Of a DNA stretch of 64,000 bases, positions 1-9,714 are shown one piece after another. Position numbers and translations under genes: made by a program. Where the stretch lies: the NCBI GenBank assembly GCA_965203095.1, contig OZ241877.1, positions 1,216,001-1,280,000 of the forward strand. Direction: 5' to 3'. This DNA comes from Bdellovibrionales bacterium (GTDB lineage: Bacteria > Bdellovibrionota > Bdellovibrionia > Bdellovibrionales > UBA1609). The notes under the pieces are model-generated. The model was not told the DNA's origin and searched no databases. It worked only from the letters and a program-made list of their open reading frames with translations. Position 1 is the stretch's first letter, and every line of letters starts with the position of its first letter.

Positions 1-647
1 TGTTTTTAAAAACTTATGGGGTTTTTGTTATTTTGATTTTATATGCTTTGATTAGCCGGATGTATCCACCGGTGACTCGTGCTTTGTTTTCTTTTTTTCT
101 GTTCCGCTTATCTCAATCTTTAAAGCTGTTTTGGAGTGCCGGTGGGATCACTTTGCTGAGTGGTATTTTATGCCTTATTTATCAACCCCGTTGGGCTGAT
201 TCCTTCTCTCTACAGCTCAGCTTGTTAGCCAGCCTCCTTTACAGCTTGCCCACAAATTCCATAAAAAAATGTTTTTTTATTTATGTGTTCATTCTTCCTG
301 TAGTTAATCGCTGGCAGGCTTTGCACCCTTTAACAGTGTTGCTGAATTGGACTTTAGCCCCCTTGATTGCCAGTTTGCTTTTCCCTTTGTCCTTTTTAAG
401 CCCTATGATCCCCATCCTATATCCTGTGACAGATTTTTTATGGGCCTTCCCTATTCAAGTTTTAAAAATAGCTAAACTTTTCCCTTCTGAATCGCCTTTA
501 ATGCAATGGTTTATCCCTAAGGAGTGGATCTGGCCCTATATTGGCTTTGTTTGTTTTGTGATTTTTATTTTTGGCTTTTTCCAAAAAAAACGGCAATTTC
601 ATAATGCTGAAAAGAATGGCTTAGCCAAGCCCGCTACTATCAAATAG
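1..647 (+). CDS. comEC: ComEC/Rec2-family competence membrane protein, 5' part outside the window
   Basis: Frame is open to the left edge. Multi-TM protein with ComEC-like motifs (YAL..PPVTRA, SLQLS, LLNW..P). No C-terminal MBL domain. Confidence 0.6.
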   Translation, partial: FLKTYGVFVILILYALISRMYPPVTRALFSFFLFRLSQSLKLFWSAGGITLLSGILCLIYQPRWADSFSLQLSLLASLLYSLPTNSIKKCFFIYVFILPVVNRWQALHPLTVLLNWTLAPLIASLLFPLSFLSPMIPILYPVTDFLWAFPIQVLKIAKLFPSESPLMQWFIPKEWIWPYIGFVCFVIFIFGFFQKKRQFHNAEKNGLAKPATIK

Positions 648-666
648 CCAAAAAACAGTTCTTGAG

Positions 667-760
667 TTTTTGTCCGTATTTCGTCACTTTAGGACGAACT
701 TAGCCGAAAGCCCTATAGGCTTTGGCTTTTTTTAATTTTTTTTGTCCGTATTTCGTCACT
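667..760. repeat. 22-bp direct repeat (667-688, 739-760) enclosing a hairpin
   Basis: TTTTTGTCCGTATTTCGTCACT occurs twice, 72 bp apart, with AGCCGAAAGCC-ctata-GGCTTTTGGCT and a T-run between. Confidence 0.85.
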
Positions 761-918
761 ATTGAGTTCGCTCTTTCATCAGTTTTGAAAGGCTTAAAAC
801 CCATAACCCTTTATGAATATATCAAAAACTGCTGGAAAAAAGAACCAGAAAGAGTAATATCAAATCATTATACTATAATACGAAACCTAACACAGTATAA
901 TTTATTTTGGAGATGGAC

Positions 919-2214
919 ATGATTGATCGCTACAGCCTTAAAGAAATGTCGGAAATATGGGAGCCAGAAAATCGCTTTCGTTTCATGTTGAAGGTGGAGC
1001 AAACTACAGCCTCAGTTCAAGGGGATATGGGCATTATTCCCAAGGCTTTTGCCCAAGTTATTTTAAAAAAAGCAAAATTTTCCTATAAAAACATATTAAA
1101 AAGAGAGCAAACCACCAAGCATGATGTGACTGCTTTTGTGGATGAAGTGTCTTCGCATTTGGGCCCGGCGGGGGCTTATTTTCATTATGGCCTCACTTCT
1201 TCTGATGTGTTGGATACAGCCCTCAGTTTGCAAATCAGAGAATCCGCTCAGCAGTTAAACTCTGTTATTCATCTTTTAAAAAAAGTTTTAAAAGGTTTGG
1301 CTAAAAAGCATAAAAAAGATATTTGCACTGGCAGGACCCATGGCATTCATGCCGAACCCACCACTTTTGGCTTTAAACTTTTAGGTCATTTATCAGAATT
1401 AAAAAGGGCAGAAGAAAGTTTTAAACAAGCAGTAGAAATATGCTCTGTGGGGAAGATGAGCGGTGCTGTGGGGGCTTACTCTTCTCTTCCTCCTCAAGTG
1501 GAAAGTCGAGTTTGCAAGCAACTCTATTTAAAACCGGAAACTTTAGCCACTCAGACAGTCCCCAGGGATCGCTTGGCTCGTTTGGTTTTTTCCCTATCCC
1601 TTATAGGTGCTTTTATCCAAAGGCTCTCAGTGGAGTTGAGGCATCTTCAAAGGACAGAGGTAGGGGAGGTGGAAGAGGGTTTTTACAAAGGGCAGGCTGG
1701 CTCCAGTGCCATGCCTCATAAAAAAAATCCCATTTCGGCAGAAAACTTAACAGGCATATCTCGCATTTTACGATCTTATGTCTCTCCGGCTTTAGAAAAC
1801 ATTATTTTATGGCATGAGAGGGACATTTCCCATTCCAGTGTGGAGCGGGTCATTTTGCCATCGAGCTTCATTTTGTCGCATTATGCCTTGGTCCGCCTGA
1901 CAAATTTGTTGAAAACTTTGCGAGTCAAAACAACAAAAATGAAAGAGAATTTAGAGTCTTCAAAAGGTTTAATATTCTCCTCACAAGTGCTTAATGCTTT
2001 AGTTCAAAAGTCCTGCCCTCGCAAAAAAGCTTACCCTTTAATTCAAAAAATAAGCCAGAATTTAAAAGAAGAGGGGGAGAGTTTTAAAAAAGCTCTTCAA
2101 AAACACCCTCAAATTAAAAAATACTTGAACCATGAGGAGATAGAGGAGATCTTTTCAGGTAAGGTGTTAACAGCCTTACTAAAGCATTTTGAGAAAACTA
2201 TCAGACATTTTTAA
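919..2214 (+). CDS. purB: Adenylosuccinate lyase
   Basis: MIDRY start, TKHDV, GRTHGIHAEPTTFG and signature GSSAMPHKKNP. Confidence 0.97.
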   Translation: MIDRYSLKEMSEIWEPENRFRFMLKVEQTTASVQGDMGIIPKAFAQVILKKAKFSYKNILKREQTTKHDVTAFVDEVSSHLGPAGAYFHYGLTSSDVLDTALSLQIRESAQQLNSVIHLLKKVLKGLAKKHKKDICTGRTHGIHAEPTTFGFKLLGHLSELKRAEESFKQAVEICSVGKMSGAVGAYSSLPPQVESRVCKQLYLKPETLATQTVPRDRLARLVFSLSLIGAFIQRLSVELRHLQRTEVGEVEEGFYKGQAGSSAMPHKKNPISAENLTGISRILRSYVSPALENIILWHERDISHSSVERVILPSSFILSHYALVRLTNLLKTLRVKTTKMKENLESSKGLIFSSQVLNALVQKSCPRKKAYPLIQKISQNLKEEGESFKKALQKHPQIKKYLNHEEIEEIFSGKVLTALLKHFEKTIRHF

Positions 2215-2233
2215 ATTGAGACAAGGAGAGATA

Positions 2234-2998
2234 TTGGCCACTATTCAAAAAAAGATTTTGCTTTATGAAGGCAAAGGTAAAAAAGTTTATCAAGCTGAGG
2301 ATCAGACAGACCAAGTGGTTTTATTTTTTAAGGATGATCTGACAGCTGAACAAGGGCGTCAAAAAGGATCTTTTTCTGGCAAAGGGGAGATTTGCAAAAA
2401 TGTATCCTCTTTGATTTTTCAGTATTTAAAAAAGCAGGAGTTGCCTGTTCATTGGATTAAGGATTTAAGTTCCAGGGAAATGCTTTGTTTTAAAACAGAG
2501 ATTTTGCCTTTAGAGGTTGTAGTGAGAAATCGCTTGGCTGGTAGCACAGCTAAAAGGCTGGGTTTTCCGGAGGGGAAAACCATCCTATCTCCACTTTTAG
2601 AATTTTATTATAAGAAAGATGAGCTGGATGATCCTTTTGTCAACGAAGAGCAAATCCGTTTGTTGAATCTCATCAAAGACAGTTCGATTTTGCCTGAGAT
2701 AAAAGATAAGGCGTTTTTAATTAATGAGAAATTGAAAACTTTTTTTTGGGAATCGGATTTAGAGCTGATTGATTTTAAAATGGAGTTTGGTTTATTTAAG
2801 GGAAAGCTGTTTTTATCGGACGAGATAAGCCCTGATAGCTGTCGGATTTGGGATCCAAAAACAGCCTACCGTTTGGACAAGGATCGATTCCGAAGGGATT
2901 GGGGCCGGGTAAAAGAGTCTTATAAAAACATTGAGAACCGACTTTATAAAAGATGGGGCAAAGCCCGGTTTTGTTTAAATGAGGACCTCAACAGTTAA
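2234..2998 (+). CDS. purC: SAICAR synthetase
   Basis: LLYEGKGK, EVVVRN..AGS, LIDFKMEFG, DEISPDSCRIWD. Probable TTG start at 2234 after AAGGAG. Confidence 0.95.
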   Translation: MATIQKKILLYEGKGKKVYQAEDQTDQVVLFFKDDLTAEQGRQKGSFSGKGEICKNVSSLIFQYLKKQELPVHWIKDLSSREMLCFKTEILPLEVVVRNRLAGSTAKRLGFPEGKTILSPLLEFYYKKDELDDPFVNEEQIRLLNLIKDSSILPEIKDKAFLINEKLKTFFWESDLELIDFKMEFGLFKGKLFLSDEISPDSCRIWDPKTAYRLDKDRFRRDWGRVKESYKNIENRLYKRWGKARFCLNEDLNS

Positions 2999-3015
2999 TT
3001 TTTTATGAGGGCATA

Positions 3016-3282
3016 ATGACAAAAGTGGCTATTAAGATTCAATTAAAAAAAGAGGTTTTAGATGTTAAAGGTCGTGCCATTTTAAAAATTTTGCAAAAAG
3101 AAAATCCCTTAGTTAAAGAGTGTCGCTATGGGAAATATATTGAATTGAGCTTGGATGAACCGGATCAGGAGACAGCCTTAAAAAAAGCTCGTCATATTGT
3201 TAAAAATATTTTGCATAATGATCTTATAGAGACTTTTGAGTTGGAGGTTTTAGGCGATCCTCCTAAAAAAAAGAATGTTTAA
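3016..3282 (+). CDS. purS: FGAM synthase subunit PurS
   Basis: 88 aa, LK.EVLD.KG.AI, GKYIEL, L.N.LIE.F; follows purC. Confidence 0.88.
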   Translation: MTKVAIKIQLKKEVLDVKGRAILKILQKENPLVKECRYGKYIELSLDEPDQETALKKARHIVKNILHNDLIETFELEVLGDPPKKKNV

Positions 3283-3318
3283 CTACAGGAAGACAGCCTA
3301 AAAACACTGAGGGAAACT

Positions 3319-4818
3319 ATGGATGGATTCTTAAAAGATATTTCCCACTATGCACAGGAGATACCAGAGCAAGAGTTGACTGCTGGCTTTTCCCGTTTTT
3401 GTGAAAAGATGGCCACTGTTTTTGAGGTTAAGGACTTCCTTCTCAGTTTGCATGCTTATATACCAAAAAAATTTAAAATCAGTGAGATAGCTCTTTTTTA
3501 TGAATCTCCACAGTTGGGTTTAAGAAGAGCTTATGTCAACCGTTCTCGTTTTTATGAATCTGTGGCCAAAAAACCTTGGCCTAAAATTCATCAGAGTTGT
3601 CCTGGGTCTTTGGAGTTGAGTTTTTATTTAGCAGAAGAGTTGGGCCGGCCTTTTTCTAAAAGCCTTATGATCCCCTTATTTCATTCAAAAAGATCAGAGC
3701 CCGCCCTTCTTGTGGTGGAAACAGGCCAATGGAGAAAATCTTTTCAAGCCCTAATAGAGTTTTTTGAGCTGAGAAGACCTCTTATTCACATAGCTTTTAA
3801 CAGGGTTTTGATGAACGCTTATTTTGAAAGGGTCTCTTATTTATGGAGCCAGCTTTTTGAATGTTGGGGAGAGCCTTTAGCTGTTTTGCAAAACTTCAAG
3901 GCGGTCCGTTGGAATGATTCGTTTAAAGAGGATATAACTTTACCTTTTGTTTTCCCTCATCCTCAAAAAGAAAAAAGCTGGATAGAAAAAAAAAATAAGA
4001 TCTACCAAGCCCATTATTATCCTATCTCTAAAACGGAGACATCGATTCCCACAGGGATTTTATACTGTCAGGACATGACAAAGCATTTTCGTTTAAGGGA
4101 AGAGCTTTTTCAAAGTGAAAAAATGGCCAGCCTTTGCAAGTTAGGGAAAAACATGGCCCATCAGTTAAATAATCCTTTGACAGGTATTCAATCTATGGCT
4201 CAAATTTTATTAAAAAACTCTATAATGTCCAATTTTAAAGAGGAATGGGCTGAGGTGGAAAAAGCGACCCGGAGATCCCAAAAAATTATTGAGAGTCTTT
4301 TGTCTTTTTCTCAAACAGGAGGACAATCCACAGCTTGTGATTTGAATCAAGTTGTTGCAGATACTTTGCCTTTACTAAAAAACATGACACAAGGTTTGGA
4401 AATGAAGGTGGATTTTTGCCAGCAAGATATTAAAGTTCAAGGGGATTTTGCTTTGCTGAAACAAGTGGTTTATAACTTGGTTTTAAATAGTTGTCAGGCT
4501 TTAAAACAAGATAAGCAGAAAGCTCCCCCTCGTATTCAAATCAGTATTTATCAAAATTTAAAAGACCAAGCCTGTTTAAAAATTCAAGATAATGGACCAG
4601 GGATAGCCTCACAAAATTTAAAAAAGATTTTTCAGCCTTTTTGGACAAACAAAGACAAAGGCACAGGTTGGGGATTGGGTATTGTTCAGCGATTTGTTCA
4701 AAAGTTCCATGGGGAGATTTTAGTTTCCAGCAAGGAGAAAGAGTTGACCTGTTTTACAGTTCTTCTCCCTCTCATTAAGCCCCTGAGGACCAACCCCAGT
4801 GCCCCTTCAACTTATTGA
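3319..4818 (+). CDS. Soluble sensor histidine kinase (HisKA + HATPase_c)
   Basis: SEKMASL..AHQLNNPL H-box, NLVLNS N-box, DNGPGI, IFQPF, GTGWGL. Confidence 0.9.
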   Translation: MDGFLKDISHYAQEIPEQELTAGFSRFCEKMATVFEVKDFLLSLHAYIPKKFKISEIALFYESPQLGLRRAYVNRSRFYESVAKKPWPKIHQSCPGSLELSFYLAEELGRPFSKSLMIPLFHSKRSEPALLVVETGQWRKSFQALIEFFELRRPLIHIAFNRVLMNAYFERVSYLWSQLFECWGEPLAVLQNFKAVRWNDSFKEDITLPFVFPHPQKEKSWIEKKNKIYQAHYYPISKTETSIPTGILYCQDMTKHFRLREELFQSEKMASLCKLGKNMAHQLNNPLTGIQSMAQILLKNSIMSNFKEEWAEVEKATRRSQKIIESLLSFSQTGGQSTACDLNQVVADTLPLLKNMTQGLEMKVDFCQQDIKVQGDFALLKQVVYNLVLNSCQALKQDKQKAPPRIQISIYQNLKDQACLKIQDNGPGIASQNLKKIFQPFWTNKDKGTGWGLGIVQRFVQKFHGEILVSSKEKELTCFTVLLPLIKPLRTNPSAPSTY

Positions 4819-4841
4819 AATCCCTCTTCTTTTTCAAAATA

Positions 4842-5786
4842 TTAGGTTTCTGTTTTTTCTCCCAGCAGATCTTCCATCATGTCATTGAAGTCGTCGGTAG
4901 GGCATTCTTGTGTTTTTTCTTTATTTGCTGGCAGAAGGGCCAACAGTTCAGGCAGAGGGTTAAAGCAAGTAGCCAAATCCCCAGGCATCAAACCGTCTTT
5001 GTTTTTAGAGTGAATGTCAGCTCCTTTGTCCACTAAAACTTTCACTATTTCTATATCATTGAACCATGCGGCTAAGTGTAAGGGGGTATCGCCGTCTTTA
5101 TCTGTAGCCGAAATGTTGGCTCCAGCAGATAAAAGAATTTTCACAAAATCGGAGTTAGAGTTAAAAAATGTGGCTAAATGTAGAGGGGTCATGCCATTAT
5201 CATCTTTGATCTCAATATTGGCTCCGGCAGATAAAAGAATTTTCATAAAATCAGGATCAGGGTTCATCCTGGTGGCTAAATGCAAAGGGGTTCGTCCGTC
5301 ATCATTTTTGACATTAACTTTTGCTTTAAAAGATAGCAGGGTCCCTCCAATTTTTAAAGAAAATTTGATGACAGCCAAATGTAATGCGGTATCGCCATCT
5401 TCATCTTTAACCGAAATGTCGGCTCCTGAGTCCAACAGGGTGAGAATTACATCAAAAATTTCATTACGTAAAATAGCTATGTGCAGGGGAGTATTGCCAT
5501 TTTCATCTTTGGCCTCAATATCAGCCCCTTCTGCTATAAGTGCTGAAATCACTTTGGGGTCGGGGTTTGCTGTGGCGGCTAAATGCAAAGGGGTTTGTCC
5601 GTCATTATTTTTGGCCTTCACATCAGCTCCTTCATTTAATAAATATTTTATGAGTTGCAGTTCGCCAAAATCAGCCATTAAATGTAAAGGGGTATTGCCA
5701 TTTTCATCTCTAAAGTTGATATCTGTATTGGATCCTGCTGAGAGATGACAAAAAAATAAGAATATAAAACCGGATAAAAACTGCAT
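4842..5786 (-). CDS. Secreted ankyrin-repeat protein (~7 repeats)
   Basis: Repeated G.TPLHLA..L..GA. Signal-like N-terminus from MQFLSGFIFLFF (ATG 5786). Confidence 0.93.
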   Translation of the reverse strand: MQFLSGFIFLFFCHLSAGSNTDINFRDENGNTPLHLMADFGELQLIKYLLNEGADVKAKNNDGQTPLHLAATANPDPKVISALIAEGADIEAKDENGNTPLHIAILRNEIFDVILTLLDSGADISVKDEDGDTALHLAVIKFSLKIGGTLLSFKAKVNVKNDDGRTPLHLATRMNPDPDFMKILLSAGANIEIKDDNGMTPLHLATFFNSNSDFVKILLSAGANISATDKDGDTPLHLAAWFNDIEIVKVLVDKGADIHSKNKDGLMPGDLATCFNPLPELLALLPANKEKTQECPTDDFNDMMEDLLGEKTET

Positions 5787-5872
5787 AATAACTCTATAAT
5801 ACAAAAAAGCGGATATTGCAAATTTAAATTGGAAAAGTGAAAAAATTTCCGATTTAAAGCAAGACTCCCTTA

Positions 5873-6538
5873 TCAACAGGCCAGGGGATGATGAAGAGGG
5901 ATATTCGTCATTTCTGAAATTTTTTGGCTATAATAGCTTGTTTTTTTAGGAAAAGACAGGTTTTTAACAATGCTGAGAGATCGCAAAAAAGCAAACAGAT
6001 GAAAATCATCTAAGCTCAGGTCCCCATTAAAAAAATCCTGGGAGCTATCAAAAAAAGACTCCAAAATCTGTAGTTCTTTACTCATTTCCTGAATAAGTTC
6101 AGGACTTTTGCTGAGGCAGTCTTTAAAAGGCCCGATATAAGCCTCTTTCTTTTTTTGAAAGTAATTTCTTGCCTGAAGGCTTTTAAATTCTTCTAAAGGG
6201 GCTTGGACCCATCGTGGCATGGCTAGCTCATAGCAAAGTGTGCTGTTTTTGTTCATCCATTTTGAAAGCTTGTTGTTTGTTTTTTCAGAAAGCAAAGGAT
6301 GGCCATCTTCTTGATCTATATGGGATATTATATCTAAACTCTCTGGCATAAATTGGCCATCTTCCAGCTGTAATATAGGAACCATTTTGACCCCTATCAT
6401 GGATTGAGGGGTTTTTTCATCATCGTTAGGGAGGCATACCAACTCCAACCCCACTTTTTTAAAGCCAAAAATCATACGGGCCTTCACACAGTAAGGGCAA
6501 TGATCATAAATATAAAGCTTTTTTGTGGTTTGAGCCAT
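5873..6538 (-). CDS. grxB: Glutaredoxin 2
   Basis: KLYIYDHCPYCVKARMIFG, MVPIL..DG..MPESLDII. Confidence 0.95.
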   Translation of the reverse strand: MAQTTKKLYIYDHCPYCVKARMIFGFKKVGLELVCLPNDDEKTPQSMIGVKMVPILQLEDGQFMPESLDIISHIDQEDGHPLLSEKTNNKLSKWMNKNSTLCYELAMPRWVQAPLEEFKSLQARNYFQKKKEAYIGPFKDCLSKSPELIQEMSKELQILESFFDSSQDFFNGDLSLDDFHLFAFLRSLSIVKNLSFPKKTSYYSQKISEMTNIPLHHPLAC

Positions 6539-6623
6539 TTTCGGCCTCCTATCCTTTTGTGTTCAAAAGTTTATTCTTAAGTGAGTATATAAACAATGGT
6601 TTTGGAGTTTTCAAGCTATTTTA

Positions 6624-6902
6624 GTCCCTCGTGAAAAAGCTCGTCGCTTCCGCCAATCTTGCTAAAAAGCTCCCCAAGCTTTTTAACTCTCGTGAAAACG
6701 GGAATCCAGAAAAGCCTGTTCTCGTAAAAACAGGGGTTTTCCTACAAAAGCTTGTTATACTGATTACATTTGAGATTTCCGGTCAAAACAGAGTAGAAAA
6801 GGCAGGAATTTTCAAACAAAATCAGTATAAAAAGGCAAATATTTTTTAGTTTCTTTGCCCAAAGGCCACAGCATTTCGGGACGGCAATACCTTGGACCCT
6901 CA
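6624..6902. repeat. Degenerate member of the MITE/palindrome repeat family
   Basis: GTCCCTCGTGAAAAAG end motif, CGGGAATCCAG and CCTGTTCTCGTAAAAACAGG. 6872-6902 is the reverse complement of 40806-40836. Confidence 0.7.
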
Positions 6903-6988
6903 CCACTAAATTTTGCTTGTGCGATAAAGAACAGAGATTTTTTATAGGCAATTTTTTAGTTTTTTTGCCTGATCTGGCCATTTTTTTC

Positions 6989-7016
6989 TAAAGTTTTTTA
7001 AACAAAAACCCGATAA
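6989..7016 (+). promoter_or_regulatory. Sigma28 (FliA)-like promoter of the fibre gene
   Basis: TAAAGTTT..CCCGATAA with a 16-nt spacer after TAAA, 9 nt upstream of ATG 7026. Confidence 0.55.
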
Positions 7017-7025
7017 GTCTTTACT

Positions 7026-9689
7026 ATGAAGAAAAATATATTAAAAAATACCTTGAGAGAGTCTGTTAAAATGGGAATCCAGAAAACTTTATCTTCTTTA
7101 CCTACAAAACCAACGGGAATCTTGCCCCCAGGGATCTCCGAGTCGCAGTTTCAAGGCAATTTCACCCCCCCCCCCCCCCCCGAAAAACGCTGTAAATTCA
7201 ATAGTTTAAAGCATTTTAAACACAAAAAAGCTTTTCTTTTAAATAATAAAGGCTTTTCTATTACCGGTGTGGTGGTGGCCTCCACGATTGGGGTAATAGC
7301 CATGACGGGTATGGCTAAACACATGGCCTTGATAGCCCAACAGCAACAGAAAATAAATAAGGAAAGGGAACTGAATGCTTTTTGGGAACAGTTTGGGACT
7401 GAAACTAATTGTAAGGAAACAATAAAAGGCTGGCTCAATCAGAATACCCCTCCCGCAAATTCTAAAAAAGAAAAGTTAGCTTTGGGGACTGAAGGCAATG
7501 AGATAGAAATCAAAGTTTTAAAAAAGAAAAAAAACAATGTTGTCAGCAATTTTTTTGATGTAAGCACTGCAAATAATGTTTTTAGGCGACATGGTTTTAC
7601 TCCCCGCTTTTTTGTTTTGAGATGTAATCCTGCTGACAATGGCGGGAGTTGTGATTGCAAGGCCAGCGGGACGACTTATCCCTGCAAAAAGACTTGGATG
7701 CTTATCCCTGGGGTTCAAAGGGGGATGACTTTTATTAGAGGAAGGGTTTTGAATTTAGATATTGAGTGGTCGTCTGCTCCTAATAGCACTTATACTAATT
7801 TTGATTGCACTAAGATAGGAATATCCGGCGGGAAAAACCGCTGTTATAAGGCGGAGGCTACTGGGAGCAAAAGAACCCTTGCTGGTTGTGGTAGCACACA
7901 ATCACTTGGTGGCACAGGCACAACCGCTTTTGGTAATGATGTAGCAAGGTCGGCTACTATCACTGGGGCTGAAAATTATTTTTTTGGACACTGGGCGGGG
8001 CATAGTGCCAAAGTAAGCTCCACTGGCAATTCTTTTTTTGGGGATAGAGCGGGCTTAGGAGTAGAGATAAAAGCCAGAGGGACAAACAATGGGAATGCCA
8101 ATGTTTTTGTGGGGCAGAGAGCGGGGGACAATGCCACAATAGATGGTGGCACACAAAACCATTTTTTTGGATTTCAATCGGGATATGATGCCACAGTGAG
8201 AGGGCATAGAAATCACTTTTTAGGTCCTTATTCTGGGTATAAAGTAAATATGACGTCGGGGAATAATAATACTTTTGTCGGCTCTAATGCTGGTAGAGAA
8301 ACCACAATCTCAGCCGGTGGTAATCATTTTTTTGGGGACAATGCTGGGAAAAAAGCCACAGTGAGCGGAGGGCAGAACCATTTTATTGGCGATCATGCCG
8401 GCCAATCCGCCACAGTGGCCGGGGCGAGAAATACCTTCTTAGGGAACAGTGCGGGCTGGAATGCGGATGTAAGAAGCGGGGCCGATGGCAATGTCTTTAT
8501 TGGGCAGAGTGCGGGAAAAAAAGATCATGGGACTACCACAGGCGGTTATATATCAGGGGATTTGAATGTCTTTTTAGGGCATGCCGCCGGCCGGACTGCT
8601 AAGGTGTCCGGGCATTATAATACCTTCATTGGAGCCGGTGCCGGGGACGGGCAACCTATCTCTGGCAATGGCGGGACTTATATCAAAGGGAGTAAAATAG
8701 AAATCAAAGCCAATGATGTTGTAATCAAATCGGGGGCGGGCGGTGTTAAGTGTGCTTGGAATGAATATCTTAGAGGATTTGATGGCAATGGAAAACTTTG
8801 CGGAGTGCGGGCCACTATAGGAACTTGTCCCAGTGGGCAAGTGCTTAGTGGATTTAATGCCGATGGAACTTTAAATTGTGTGGCCACTGGAGGCACAGGC
8901 TGGAAACAAACTTGTCCGGTGGGGGATGTTCTCAGAGGGTTTAACTCTGCCGGGAATAAAGTCTGTGCCCTTCAAGATAAATGCAATGCAGGTTATTATT
9001 GGAGTGGGAGTCGCTGTATAACCCGCTGTGGTAGCAGTCAGCGATGGAATCATGAAAGGGCGACATGTGTTGCTTATACCCCTCCCCCCTCCCCCCAGCA
9101 GGGGTGTAGTCCCGGCTGTTCCGCGGATTCTATTTGTAGGAGCGGAACTTGTGTCCCCCTCTCCCCCGGAGGACATGGTTCCTCCAAAGTTTATAAAAAG
9201 AATATTCGTCCTTTTAATGATATGGAAAAGGCTTTGAAGGATATTTTAGAGACTCCCCTATTCACTTATTATTTTAAGGATAAAAACAATTTTCCTAAAA
9301 AGAAAAGAATGGGAGTGATAGCGGAGGACTTGCCAAAAAACTTACAGCTTAAAGGAAAGCCTATTGCTCCGGACTGGCCCTCTATCTATGGGACATTGTG
9401 GGCCGGGATAAAAGCCCTTCATTCCAAGATAGAAAGTTTTAAAAAAGATGTGCTCTCAAAATTCAAAACTCTCAATTCCACAATAGAGGCAAAATTTAAA
9501 GCCCTCAGCAAAACAGACGATCAGTTTAAAAAAGAGCTGGCAGGAACAAATAAAGAGTTGGCCAATACTAAACAGGAACTAAAATCAGCCAATGAAAAAA
9601 TAGACAGCCTCTCAAAAGAATTAAAAGAACTAAAGTCCAGCTTTGAGAAAAAAGGACTAAACAAAATAGACAATCAGCCGATAAGATAA
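7026..9689 (+). CDS. Prepilin-like N-terminus / beta-roll + Cys-rich fibre / peptidase S74 chaperone (tail-fibre-like adhesin)
   Basis: KG|FSITGVVVASTIGVIAM at aa 75-93; many N-x-F-x-G-x-x-AG repeats; three C..G.VL.GF..G..C-type repeats; SSKVYKKNI..GVIAEDL..IKAL S74 domain followed by a coiled coil. Confidence 0.85.
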   Translation: MKKNILKNTLRESVKMGIQKTLSSLPTKPTGILPPGISESQFQGNFTPPPPPEKRCKFNSLKHFKHKKAFLLNNKGFSITGVVVASTIGVIAMTGMAKHMALIAQQQQKINKERELNAFWEQFGTETNCKETIKGWLNQNTPPANSKKEKLALGTEGNEIEIKVLKKKKNNVVSNFFDVSTANNVFRRHGFTPRFFVLRCNPADNGGSCDCKASGTTYPCKKTWMLIPGVQRGMTFIRGRVLNLDIEWSSAPNSTYTNFDCTKIGISGGKNRCYKAEATGSKRTLAGCGSTQSLGGTGTTAFGNDVARSATITGAENYFFGHWAGHSAKVSSTGNSFFGDRAGLGVEIKARGTNNGNANVFVGQRAGDNATIDGGTQNHFFGFQSGYDATVRGHRNHFLGPYSGYKVNMTSGNNNTFVGSNAGRETTISAGGNHFFGDNAGKKATVSGGQNHFIGDHAGQSATVAGARNTFLGNSAGWNADVRSGADGNVFIGQSAGKKDHGTTTGGYISGDLNVFLGHAAGRTAKVSGHYNTFIGAGAGDGQPISGNGGTYIKGSKIEIKANDVVIKSGAGGVKCAWNEYLRGFDGNGKLCGVRATIGTCPSGQVLSGFNADGTLNCVATGGTGWKQTCPVGDVLRGFNSAGNKVCALQDKCNAGYYWSGSRCITRCGSSQRWNHERATCVAYTPPPSPQQGCSPGCSADSICRSGTCVPLSPGGHGSSKVYKKNIRPFNDMEKALKDILETPLFTYYFKDKNNFPKKKRMGVIAEDLPKNLQLKGKPIAPDWPSIYGTLWAGIKALHSKIESFKKDVLSKFKTLNSTIEAKFKALSKTDDQFKKELAGTNKELANTKQELKSANEKIDSLSKELKELKSSFEKKGLNKIDNQPIR
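7165..7181 (+). repeat. C17 homopolymer within the fibre gene leader
   Basis: 17 consecutive C, read as T-PPPPP. Confidence 0.85.
9658..9684 (+). promoter_or_regulatory. Sigma28 promoter for the pentapeptide gene (duplicated at 14941-14967)
   Basis: Exact TAAA-N15-GCCGATAA, followed by SD GGAGG and ATG 9715. Confidence 0.7.
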
Positions 9690-9714
9690 ACAGGAAACCT
9701 AAAACGGAGGGACT

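Noticed and set aside
667..760. Mini CRISPR array
   Set aside because: Only two repeats, a hairpin as the spacer, and no cas genes.
5014..5748. 244-aa plus-strand ORF
   Set aside because: Antisense shadow of the ankyrin gene. The other short ORFs overlapping long genes were rejected for the same reason.
7026..9689. Prophage tail gene
   Set aside because: No capsid, terminase, baseplate or integrase nearby; the leader and promoter look cellular.
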